This document shows positions 9,214 to 17,458 of a stretch of DNA of 35,315 bases, one piece after another (positions within the stretch are counted from its first letter, which is position 1; each line of letters opens with the position of its first letter). The translations under genes and the position numbers were made by a program. The stretch covers positions 1 to 35,315 of the forward strand of contig JAFPZI010000005.1 of assembly GCA_017417365.1 (NCBI GenBank). Reading direction: 5' to 3'. Below the pieces are notes generated by a model. It saw only the letters and a program-made list of their open reading frames with translations, ran no database searches and had not been told where the DNA came from. This DNA comes from Synergistaceae bacterium (GTDB lineage: Bacteria; Synergistota; Synergistia; Synergistales; Aminobacteriaceae).

Positions 9214-9665
9214 GAATTAACGCCTCCCCTTCGTGAAAATTGCATTGTAGCCACGTCATCTAGTTCATTCTGCTCTATTCCTAATTGTTCCTGAAAGTTT
9301 GCTTCTTTGAGATGGTCTATGTATGTCTCCATTATCCTAACGTCTTTGTGCCGTTCAACGAGGCGCGCTTCTGTGCCGGCGATTCGTGTTCTGACTTCGG
9401 CAAGTGAACTTTTGCCCTTCGTAATGTCCGTGTCTATTGCGTCTATGAATTGCCGCTGGAACCATAAGTCATTAGCTGAGATTGCCTGAGTGCCTGTGCT
9501 GCCGAAATCCTGTATTGCCTGAGCCTTTTCGCCCTCAAGTTTGGAGATGTGGGAGAGCACTGCACGTTCTTCACTTCTTTCTGCGGCGAGGATTGCTTGT
9601 TCATTTCTGCGGCTGTCCTCGCGGATCTTGAGGATGCGGTCAAATCTTGCTATTCTCTGCTGCAT
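9210..9665 (-). CDS. fliJ: flagellar export chaperone/stalk protein FliJ
   Basis: 151-aa all-helical ORF. The N-terminus (RFDRILKIREDSRRNEQAILAAE) is FliJ-like, and the size and position downstream of fliI fit the Bacillus-type order. Confidence 0.8.
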   Translation of the reverse strand: MQQRIARFDRILKIREDSRRNEQAILAAERSEERAVLSHISKLEGEKAQAIQDFGSTGTQAISANDLWFQRQFIDAIDTDITKGKSSLAEVRTRIAGTEARLVERHKDVRIMETYIDHLKEANFQEQLGIEQNELDDVATMQFSRRGGVNS

Positions 9666-9669
9666 TGTC

Positions 9670-9984
9670 CTAGAGCATGGAGGCTATGTCCCGTCTGCCG
9701 TAAGCTATTCGGACAATGCTGACAACAGAAGCAGAATCATAGACAGTGTAAATCAGCACAAAATTCTTCACTGTCATGTAGCGCAGTTCACAACCCTTGC
9801 TGTCCTTTCTGCGGACACGGTATCTCTTGGGAAAAGTGGATAAAGAGATAGCAGAAGAAGTTATACGGTCTGACAGTTCGGAGGCTGCCTTGGGGTTGTT
9901 AAGTTTTTCCGCTATGTATCTGCTTATGGTGCGTAGGTCCTGTCTCGCCGCAAGCGTGAACTCAACACTAAAACTTGAAGCCAT
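9670..9984 (-). CDS. type II toxin, RelE/ParE family
   Basis: 104-aa ORF. The pattern FSVEFTLAARQDLRTISRYIAEKLNNPKAA...FPKRYRV...LRYMTVKNFVLIYTVYD...VSIVRIAYGRRD is the typical ParE/RelE-fold pattern. It overlaps the upstream antitoxin ORF by 17 nt. Confidence 0.8.
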   Translation of the reverse strand: MASSFSVEFTLAARQDLRTISRYIAEKLNNPKAASELSDRITSSAISLSTFPKRYRVRRKDSKGCELRYMTVKNFVLIYTVYDSASVVSIVRIAYGRRDIASML

Positions 9985-10267
9985 ATTCTTTGGCCATCTC
10001 CCTTCTCACAGCCTCAGCAGGTATAGTTCTTCCGGCCTCTATGTCATCAATACCTTCTTGAATGAAAGCATCAAGCTCTTCATCAGTCATGCTCTCGAGA
10101 GACACGGGCACATCATCCGGCACGTTGAGCTCAATCGGGAAGGACCGGCGCAAAACTATCTGCCTCGTGAAAAGATTCACTGCCTGAGAAAACGACATCC
10201 CTATTTTGCCCAATACATCCTCAGCCTGCTTAATCAATTCCGGCTCAATCTGAATAACTGTACTCAT
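9968..10267 (-). CDS. type II antitoxin, RelB/DinJ family (RHH) with C-terminal toxin-binding tail
   Basis: 99-aa ORF. MSTVIQIEPELIKQAEDVLGKIGMSFSQAVNLFTRQIV matches the DinJ/RelB ribbon-helix-helix pattern. A strong SD (GAGGAGG) lies 7 nt upstream of the ATG. It is paired with the downstream toxin. Confidence 0.8.
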   Translation of the reverse strand: MSTVIQIEPELIKQAEDVLGKIGMSFSQAVNLFTRQIVLRRSFPIELNVPDDVPVSLESMTDEELDAFIQEGIDDIEAGRTIPAEAVRREMAKEYGFKF

Positions 10268-10285
10268 AGTTCTTCCTCCTCATAA

Positions 10286-11623
10286 TTATTGCTGGTTAGG
10301 GTACGGAGCTAACTCCAGTAACCTCTTGTCTGTCTCCTCAAAGCTCGTAGGGTCCTCCACCCTCTGCGACAAAAACCCACGAACAGCCTCCATGTTCGCC
10401 AACGCCCAATCTACCCGAATATTGCTTCCCGTCTTGTACGCACCAATGTTAATCAGGTCCTCAGACTCAGCGTAAGTCGCCAGCAAGTCCCTCACCCTTC
10501 CGGCAGCGTCAAGGTGTTCACGAGACACCAATGCCGGCATAACTCTGCTCACACTGTCGAGAACGCTCACGGCAGGGTAGAAGTTCCGTGCAGCTATCCT
10601 CCTCGACAGGACTATATGCCCGTCAAGAATACCCCTCACTGTGTCAGCAACAGGCTCGTTCATGTCGTCCCCGTCAACAAGCACCGTGTAGATTCCCGTA
10701 ATGCTCCCGACTTCACCGGCTCCAGCACGCTCCAACAATCTCGGCAGCATCTCGAACACCGACGGAGTGTACCCCCTTGTTGCCGGAGGTTCACCAACAG
10801 CAAGACCAATCTCACGCTGTGCCCGGGCAACTCGCGTAACCGTGTCCATCATCAACAAAACGTCCTTGCCCTGGTCCCGGAAGTATTCCGCTATGGCTGT
10901 GGCGGTCATCGCTGACTTCAGGCGAATTAGTGCCGGCTGGTCGGAAGTCGCTATCACAAGCACCGACCTCTTCAGACCCTCAGGCCCCAAATCACGCTCT
11001 ATGAACTCCCGAACCTCTCGCCCTCGTTCACCCACAAGCGAAATCACGTTCACGTCAGCAGTCGTGTAGCGCGCCATCATCCCGAGAAGCGTGCTCTTCC
11101 CAACCCCCGAACCCGCAAATATCCCGATTCGCTGACCCTTCCCTAACGTCAGCATCCCGTCAACTACCCTCACTCCAACGCTCAACGGGGTATCTACCAT
11201 TTTGCGCCGTAACGGGTGAGGAGGCGTGGCGTACAACGGGTAGAAGTCGCTGGCAACAATCGGCCCTTTGTCGTCTATAGGGTTGCCGAGACCGTCGAGG
11301 ACACGCCCCAAAAGCGCATCACCCACAGGAACTTCTAGAGGCCGGTTAGTCGACACAACATCACAGCCCGGCCCAACCTCCTGCAACGCCCCGAGAGGCA
11401 TCAACAATACACGGTCCCCCCTGAACCCGACCACCTCAGCGTCGAGTTCGTGAGAGCCGTCCCGAAATTGTATGTGGCACAAATCGCCAACCCTAACGTC
11501 AGGCCCTTGAGACTCAGCAACAAGTCCCACAACCTGAACAATTCGGCCGTTAATCTTAATCAGCGGCTTCTGCAGCAAATCTACCGCGAAGAGCTGGAAT
11601 AATTCACTCGTCCCTGCCGTCAT
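10286..11623 (-). CDS. fliI: flagellum-specific ATPase FliI
   Basis: 445-aa ORF with Walker A GSGVGKST, Walker B region VLLMMDTVTRVARAQREI and F1/T3SS-ATPase-like overall conservation. It overlaps fliH by 4 nt. Confidence 0.97.
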   Translation of the reverse strand: MTAGTSELFQLFAVDLLQKPLIKINGRIVQVVGLVAESQGPDVRVGDLCHIQFRDGSHELDAEVVGFRGDRVLLMPLGALQEVGPGCDVVSTNRPLEVPVGDALLGRVLDGLGNPIDDKGPIVASDFYPLYATPPHPLRRKMVDTPLSVGVRVVDGMLTLGKGQRIGIFAGSGVGKSTLLGMMARYTTADVNVISLVGERGREVREFIERDLGPEGLKRSVLVIATSDQPALIRLKSAMTATAIAEYFRDQGKDVLLMMDTVTRVARAQREIGLAVGEPPATRGYTPSVFEMLPRLLERAGAGEVGSITGIYTVLVDGDDMNEPVADTVRGILDGHIVLSRRIAARNFYPAVSVLDSVSRVMPALVSREHLDAAGRVRDLLATYAESEDLINIGAYKTGSNIRVDWALANMEAVRGFLSQRVEDPTSFEETDKRLLELAPYPNQQ

Positions 11624-12576
11624 GACTTATCCTCTTTCTTGACCTGCTGGAATATCTCATCTACCACAGATTCCACTTGGGTCATTTGGGTTTTCCAGCG
11701 GGCATCATAGACTCCTAACCCGGTCTCAACTATGCAGCTGCCGTTCTCAATGTTCGGGTCTGCCTTCAGCTCAAGACGTTTTGTCCCCCTCAAGGCCTCC
11801 CGGAATTTCGAGTCGAGTTCGGCTTCTACGTGCTTCAAGTCGTCGGGTGATACGTAGATTAGTATCTGGTTCTTGTCGCTGAGGCGTGAGAGCAGTTCAG
11901 ACAGCACCGAGTCTATTGTGTCGGGGTTGAGTTCAACTTGACGGTAGAGCATCCTACGAAGCATCTCCGTCCACACGCGGATCATTCGGGGTTCATTGAG
12001 GCTGACTAACTCCGCAAAATTGGCCTCTAACTTCTTCCCGAGACCGTCAATCACTCCGGCTAAGGCTGAAAACTTGTCGAGATATTCGCGTTCAACTTCC
12101 TGCCGAGCCTTCGCTAAACCCTCCTCGTAACCGCGAATCTGCCCCTCACTTAGTGCCTGTGCCCGGGCTTTGTCGGCTATCTTCTTGGCGTTGGCCTGCG
12201 CTTCGGACTCGAGCTTCCTCCTGCGCTGTTCGTAGTCGGACTTCACTACCTCAATCTCACTCTGAAGCCTCCTGTTGTCGTCAGATAGCTCCATGTTCTT
12301 GACCTCAGCATTGCTCAGGCTGTTAGTGAGCTGGACAACGTGCGCGGTGAGTTCCTCGAGTTCCTGAGCTGTGCGTTCGGGAATCTTGGCCTGACTTTTC
12401 GGAGGGGCCTGCACCTTCGCGGAAGCCGGGGCGGGTTTGTCGGGGCGTGTGGGTTTGGGCTCAGGGGGCTTTGTTCCGTCCTGCTTAATCTCGCTCTCGA
12501 GAATCCCAATCTTCACCGCCTGCGGTAACAGCCTGACCGTCCGTAGAACTCTCTGATGTGCCAGACCGTTAGACAA
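11620..12576 (-). CDS. fliH: flagellar assembly protein FliH
   Basis: 318-aa ORF between fliG and fliI, overlapping them by 8 nt and 4 nt. It has a P/K-rich N-terminal extension, a coiled-coil centre and a FliH-like C-terminal domain. Confidence 0.85.
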   Translation of the reverse strand: MSNGLAHQRVLRTVRLLPQAVKIGILESEIKQDGTKPPEPKPTRPDKPAPASAKVQAPPKSQAKIPERTAQELEELTAHVVQLTNSLSNAEVKNMELSDDNRRLQSEIEVVKSDYEQRRRKLESEAQANAKKIADKARAQALSEGQIRGYEEGLAKARQEVEREYLDKFSALAGVIDGLGKKLEANFAELVSLNEPRMIRVWTEMLRRMLYRQVELNPDTIDSVLSELLSRLSDKNQILIYVSPDDLKHVEAELDSKFREALRGTKRLELKADPNIENGSCIVETGLGVYDARWKTQMTQVESVVDEIFQQVKKEDKS

Positions 12577-13597
12577 TCATATCGTCTCCTCCGCCCGAAG
12601 CTATCACGATTTCGCCCTTCTCCTCAAGGCTGCGGATTACGTTCACCACTTTCTGCTGGGCCTCTTCAACGTCCTTGACGCGCACGGGTCCCATGAAGTC
12701 CATATCTTCCTGAAGCATTTCAGCCGCACGTTTGGACATGTTCCGAAGGTATTTGGTCTTGAGGTCCTCAGTAGCTCCCTTGAGGGCCAAGCTAAGTTCC
12801 TTCATGTCAACCTCACGCAGAACCCTCTGTAACGCTCTGTCGTCAAGCCTCATCGAGTCCTCAAACACGAACAGCCTCTTCTTGATCTCTTCAGCCAATT
12901 CGGGGTCATTCTCCTCGAGGTACTCCATGATGTTGCGCTCGGTGGCCCTGTCTGTGCTGTTGACTATTGCCACGACAGCGTCAATACCTCCGGCTACCGT
13001 GAAGTCCTGACCCATTACGGTGCTCAATTTGCGCTCCAACACCCGCTCAACCTCCCTCAAGACTTCGGGCGTAATCCTGTCCATGTTGGCAATTCTCTTG
13101 GTTACGTCGGCCTGAAGGATTGGGTTTAAGCCGCTGAGAATCATTGCTGCCTGCTGAGGCTCCAAGTACGATAAGATTAATGCGATTGTCTGCGGGTGCT
13201 CGTTCTGAATGAAGCCAAGTATCTGGCCTGCGTCGGTGTGTCTCATGAAATCGAACGGCTTGACCTGCAGGCTTGCCGTAATCCTTGCGAGCAAATTCTG
13301 TGCTCTCTCCGGGCCAAGTGCCTTCTCCAATACGTCGCGTGCATATTCGACTCCTCCTCTCGCCATGAACTCGCGGGCCATGAGAATCTCTTGGGCTTCC
13401 TTAAGCACCGTGAGCTTCACATCGGGCGTAACTTTTCGCAGATTGGCTATCTCAAGCGTGATTAACTCTATCGTAGAATCGTCTAACTTCTTGTAGACCT
13501 CCGGAGCAACGTCGGCCCCTAACGACACCATAAGGACCGCAATCTTCTCGCGGCCGGAGAGTCCTTTGTTCGCGCTTTCTTCCTTCTTTGGCGGCAT
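12569..13597 (-). CDS. fliG: flagellar motor switch protein FliG
   Basis: 342-aa ORF with FliG-type armadillo repeats throughout (GREKIAVLMVSLGADVAPEVYKKL ... EEAQQKVVNVIRSLEEKGEIVI). Confidence 0.97.
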   Translation of the reverse strand: MPPKKEESANKGLSGREKIAVLMVSLGADVAPEVYKKLDDSTIELITLEIANLRKVTPDVKLTVLKEAQEILMAREFMARGGVEYARDVLEKALGPERAQNLLARITASLQVKPFDFMRHTDAGQILGFIQNEHPQTIALILSYLEPQQAAMILSGLNPILQADVTKRIANMDRITPEVLREVERVLERKLSTVMGQDFTVAGGIDAVVAIVNSTDRATERNIMEYLEENDPELAEEIKKRLFVFEDSMRLDDRALQRVLREVDMKELSLALKGATEDLKTKYLRNMSKRAAEMLQEDMDFMGPVRVKDVEEAQQKVVNVIRSLEEKGEIVIASGGGDDMIV

Positions 13598-13615
13598 ATA
13601 ATCATCTCCTCGCTG

Positions 13616-13646
13616 AAAAAAATACTCCCCGTTCTCTCACAGGGAG
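13616..13646 (-). terminator. weak terminator-like hairpin plus T7 run between fliF and fliG (possible attenuator)
   Basis: On the minus strand, ctccc (13646-13642) pairs with gggag (13629-13625). A run of 7 T follows (A-run 13616-13622 on +). The stem is short at 5 bp, so read-through is likely. Confidence 0.25.
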
Positions 13647-13665
13647 CATCAGGAATTTCACTTCT

Positions 13666-15243
13666 TTAGCTGTCCATTGAGAGCCATTCATTGACGAGCG
13701 TTGCAATCTCGTCGGGATGACTCTTCGCGTAGGCTTTGAGCTGTTCCTCAAGTACTGCCATTTCCCCTTGGAACGCAAGGAGGTCCGGCGACGTGAGCAT
13801 CTCCTGAATTGTGGGTACCTTCCTGCCCTCTGCCTCGATCTCCTGAACCGCAAGACGTGCCCTCTTCATTCTCACCCAGACATACAGCGCAATAAGCACA
13901 AGCATCAGCACGAAGAACGCAGCTATTGACCCGTAGATTATCCGCCACATTCTGTCCTGCCTGAGCTGGTCGGCCATAGCATCAGCAAACGCCGTAGAGA
14001 AACGCATTGCCCTCACGACTAACGTATCTCCCCTGTCTTTGTTGAAGCCGATTGATGAGGCTATGACTTCCTGCAGGGCCTCTAGACGTTCCTCAGTGAT
14101 GTCGCTGTACTTGTCGTCAATCAGGACTGAGGCAGATAACCTCTTCACACCTCCGGGCGTAACTACCTGATCTCCCTTGCGCGTGGTGATTTCGTAGTTG
14201 GTCGTGTTGCCTGAGCGGCTGTACTCGCTCTGGACGGGGTTAGAGTTTATCGCGTAACCGGGTATGTTCGTGGTAGTTCCGGGGTTGCCGGTTACTGGGT
14301 TGCCCTGTCCGGTGTAGTTCTCCTCTTGGCGTTCGCTGCTACGCGGGACTCCAGTGCCGGTCTCGGGGTTTGGTGTGTACTCGACGTAGGAGCTGGTACG
14401 TTTGTCGAAGTCTAAATCTATCCTCACACGTACCACTGCGCTTCCGGGGCCGAAAACCTGTTCGAGCATTACGCGGACTTTGTTCTCTAGTTCGCGCTCG
14501 TGCTGGCGTTCGAGTTCACGCTGTACGGAAGTTACTGTGTTGGTGCCGTCGGGGTTGTACATGATCATTGAGTCCGAGACCATGTCCGAGAGAATCCGGC
14601 CGTTGGTGTCGACAACCGTAACTGCGTCGGGCTGGAGGCCGTCAACACTGTGAGCTACAAGGTGGATTATTGACTTGACTTGAGTCGGTCCGAGAGTCGC
14701 ACCCTGCCTGAGACGGAGCAATACCGAAGCTGTTGAAGGCTTCTGCTGTTCGAGGAAGAGTCTTTGTTCGGGAATCACTACGCTTACCCGAGCATTCTCG
14801 ACTTGAGCCATCTGCGCTATTGTTCTGGCCAATTCCCCCTCAATCGCCCGCATATAGGCCACCCTCTGCTGAAATTCGCTCATCCCCATATTGGACTCGT
14901 CGAATAGTTCGAATCCCTTAGTCCCTCCCTTAGGCAGTCCCAATTGCGCGAGGGCTAAACGAGTCTCATAGACCGCTCCTCCCGGCATGAGAATCGCGCT
15001 GGCCTTTGGGTCGAGCTTGTAGGGTATGTTGTTCTCCTTCAGGTAATCCACTATTGCGGCCTGATCGCTGACTTCGAGTCCTGCGTAGAGAGGTTCATAG
15101 CTCGTTGTGCCGGTCATGAAGATCATTGCTCCAAGTCCGGCCAAGACTACGAATATTGCTAAGAAGATTGACGCTCTCTGCCACAGTTTCAGTGATGACC
15201 AGAATGTGAGGAAGGAGGCCGCCCAGCGTCTTATAGTGTCCAT
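13666..15243 (-). CDS. fliF: flagellar MS-ring protein FliF
   Basis: 525-aa ORF with an N-terminal TM helix, a YscJ/FliF-type periplasmic region (YEPLYAGLEVSDQAAIVDYLKENNIPYKL), a second TM helix near residue 450 and a cytoplasmic FliG-binding tail. Confidence 0.95.
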   Translation of the reverse strand: MDTIRRWAASFLTFWSSLKLWQRASIFLAIFVVLAGLGAMIFMTGTTSYEPLYAGLEVSDQAAIVDYLKENNIPYKLDPKASAILMPGGAVYETRLALAQLGLPKGGTKGFELFDESNMGMSEFQQRVAYMRAIEGELARTIAQMAQVENARVSVVIPEQRLFLEQQKPSTASVLLRLRQGATLGPTQVKSIIHLVAHSVDGLQPDAVTVVDTNGRILSDMVSDSMIMYNPDGTNTVTSVQRELERQHERELENKVRVMLEQVFGPGSAVVRVRIDLDFDKRTSSYVEYTPNPETGTGVPRSSERQEENYTGQGNPVTGNPGTTTNIPGYAINSNPVQSEYSRSGNTTNYEITTRKGDQVVTPGGVKRLSASVLIDDKYSDITEERLEALQEVIASSIGFNKDRGDTLVVRAMRFSTAFADAMADQLRQDRMWRIIYGSIAAFFVLMLVLIALYVWVRMKRARLAVQEIEAEGRKVPTIQEMLTSPDLLAFQGEMAVLEEQLKAYAKSHPDEIATLVNEWLSMDS

Positions 15244-15255
15244 GATTGCCTAAGG

Positions 15256-15594
15256 CTAGCCGGTTATTCGTGAGAGGGCCTGATAAGCATCGATGAATTT
15301 GTTGCGGACTTCCATCACAAGCCGCAATGCAGTATCAGCCCTTGAGGAGGCCAGAACGACTTCTGAAATGTCCTCAACGTCTCCTATGGCCAAGTCTCGT
15401 ATCTTCTTTTCCGCAGACAGCTGGAGGGTATTAACTTTCTTGATGGATTCCGAGAGCATATCCTCAAATGACAACGTAGGAGCTTCTTTGCCCTTTTCAG
15501 CCTGACGTGCTGCGTAAGTGCTGTATACGCTGGCAGCTTCACGGGTTCTAGTTTGTCCGTAAACTTGAGAGAAATCTATCATTAGACTATCCAT
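15256..15594 (-). CDS. fliE: flagellar hook-basal body protein FliE
   Basis: The C-terminal block EVVLASSRADTALRLVMEVRNKFIDAYQALSRI is FliE-typical. I moved the start to ATG 15594, which is preceded by GGAGG 8 nt upstream. The ORF track opens at TTG 15609. Confidence 0.9.
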   Translation of the reverse strand: MDSLMIDFSQVYGQTRTREAASVYSTYAARQAEKGKEAPTLSFEDMLSESIKKVNTLQLSAEKKIRDLAIGDVEDISEVVLASSRADTALRLVMEVRNKFIDAYQALSRITG

Positions 15595-15811
15595 GCTACA
15601 AGCCTCCAAGTAAGATAATTTATTGTTGTCGCTCCGTCGATATGCTTCATGATATTCATGTATGATTAATGTTGTGAGGAAAGCCGGTTAGCTCCATCCT
15701 GTAAGCTCACCGAATCATAAAAATCTTTCGCCCCTTCTGTAATTTATCACGCTAATTTTACACCCAATCAAAATTTTTATTCGTCAAATTGACTAGCGGT
15801 AATAATAATTC

Positions 15812-15819
15812 TTATCGGC
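15812..15819 (-). promoter_or_regulatory. sigma-28 (FliA)-type -10 element candidate upstream of the fliE operon
   Basis: The minus strand reads GCCGATAA, an exact match to the enteric sigma-28 -10 consensus, about 200 nt upstream of fliE. No matching TAAA -35 element occurs at 14-16 nt spacing, so the call is weak. Confidence 0.25.
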
Positions 15820-15886
15820 GATACACTATAATAACACGCGAAATCTTGATTACACACCAATATCTTGAAAGGAGCATAAATTTTTC

Positions 15887-17458
15887 ATGAAGGCATTAAT
15901 CTTATCGTTAGTGTTCGTGTTAATGTCCTCAACCCTCACCCAAGCCCTAGAGATTCCCACAGGCTACAACGCAGAAATCTCCGGCCTGAGCTTCTACCCG
16001 AGCGGCGCAAAGTTCCAGTTCACCGCAGAACCAGAAGACGGCTACGGAAACTTCACAGTTCACCTCCCCGGAATGTTCACACCCGACTCAATCCGCCTCC
16101 TGACACCCGAACAGGTCAACGGGGACATCAAGGTCGAAGAGCATTCCCGCCCAACCTGGACACCTCCGCAGCTCGAGTCCCTCAAGTCAGAACGGGACTC
16201 CCAAGCCGCAAAAGTCGACAGCCTCACCGCAAGACAATCGGCCCTCGAACAAACTCTAACCCTCCTCAAGTCCTCCACCCCAGACAACGCCGACAAACCT
16301 GACGACCTCCTAACCTACATCAAGGACGCACAGGCCCTAAGGCAGAAGACGGAGGAAGAATTAGCCGCCCTCAAGACCGAATTAGCCCAAGAGAAAGAAA
16401 AACTCTCCATGCTCGACAAAGAACTTGAGGCCAAGAGACCCGCAGAACTCGTGAAGTACTTCACCATCACAGGCCGGGCCAAGTCAAAGAACGCAATCAT
16501 AAAACTCGAGGCCTTCACCAACGCCGCATCATGGAGCCCGAGATACACAATGGACCTCAACAGCACCACAGGAGATATTGACGTTCACATGTTCGTGCGG
16601 ACTTCCCAGAGGACGGGGCTTGACTATGAGGGCGCGGTAACTTTCCACACAAAGAACCCAGACGAACGCATAACCATTCCCGAACTTCAGCCGCAGAGAG
16701 TCTCAATCAAGCAGCACATAGAACCCGCACGTTCAGCTATGGGCACAATGAGAATGCGAAGCTACATGGCCGCACCGATGGAGGACGGACTCGCCGCAGA
16801 CCTCGAGGTCAACGAATCTGCCGCACCAATTCGCCCAAAGACTCCAGCAATCCGTGAAACCCTCGCGGACAGAATCCTATACATTGAGGGCATGATTCCC
16901 GGGGACAACAGCGAGCGTGAGTTCGAGGCCGGAGCCTTGACCCTCAAGAGTACTCCAGTGATTATGCTCATCCCTCAGCAACGGGCGGACGCTTGGATTC
17001 TCGCGAGCATGGACGAGGGCAACGAGAGCCTTATTCCCGGAACTGCGGACCTCAGAGTCGATGGGCAGGCCTCAGGGAAAATCTTCATTCAGGAATTTGG
17101 GCAGGGCCAGAGAAGAATCCCGTTCGGTTACGCGGAACAGATCACCGTGAAGAAAGAGTCCCTAATCGGCAAGACTGGTTCATCATGGTTCACCGGCGGA
17201 GTCTTCTCCAGCGGCTACAAGCTCGAAATCACCAACGGCACTAAGTCCGACAGAGTCATAACCATCCGCGACAGGCTCCCAATTCCGACCGACGAGAGAA
17301 TCAAACTCGAGGTCAAGCGCATAGACCCTAAGGAGAAGGACAAGGACCGCGAGAACCGTTACACTTGGGAGCTGAACATCCCCGCAGGAAAAACGGAGAC
17401 GATTATTGTGGACTACACTTTGAGCTATCCATCAGGAGAGGAGCTTGAATACAGGTAA
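15887..17458 (+). CDS. secreted DUF4139-family protein (MuiA-like)
   Basis: 523-aa ORF with a signal peptide (MKALILSLVFVLMSSTLTQA), a long coiled-coil segment, and then an ASWSPRYTMDL motif and beta-rich C-terminus as I recall for DUF4140/DUF4139 proteins. Confidence 0.6.
   Translation: MKALILSLVFVLMSSTLTQALEIPTGYNAEISGLSFYPSGAKFQFTAEPEDGYGNFTVHLPGMFTPDSIRLLTPEQVNGDIKVEEHSRPTWTPPQLESLKSERDSQAAKVDSLTARQSALEQTLTLLKSSTPDNADKPDDLLTYIKDAQALRQKTEEELAALKTELAQEKEKLSMLDKELEAKRPAELVKYFTITGRAKSKNAIIKLEAFTNAASWSPRYTMDLNSTTGDIDVHMFVRTSQRTGLDYEGAVTFHTKNPDERITIPELQPQRVSIKQHIEPARSAMGTMRMRSYMAAPMEDGLAADLEVNESAAPIRPKTPAIRETLADRILYIEGMIPGDNSEREFEAGALTLKSTPVIMLIPQQRADAWILASMDEGNESLIPGTADLRVDGQASGKIFIQEFGQGQRRIPFGYAEQITVKKESLIGKTGSSWFTGGVFSSGYKLEITNGTKSDRVITIRDRLPIPTDERIKLEVKRIDPKEKDKDRENRYTWELNIPAGKTETIIVDYTLSYPSGEELEYR

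Noticed and set aside
13602-13853. 83-aa Arg-rich minus-strand ORF overlapping the 3' end of fliF
   Set aside because: It is out of frame within fliF and runs into the spacer. Its highly basic, low-complexity translation is typical of an alternative-frame artefact.
15610-15886. Sigma-54 promoter (TGGCAC-N5-TTGC) for the flagellar operon
   Set aside because: I scanned the intergenic region on the minus strand and found no GG-N10-GC element with flanking consensus. Only the isolated GCCGATAA box is reported.
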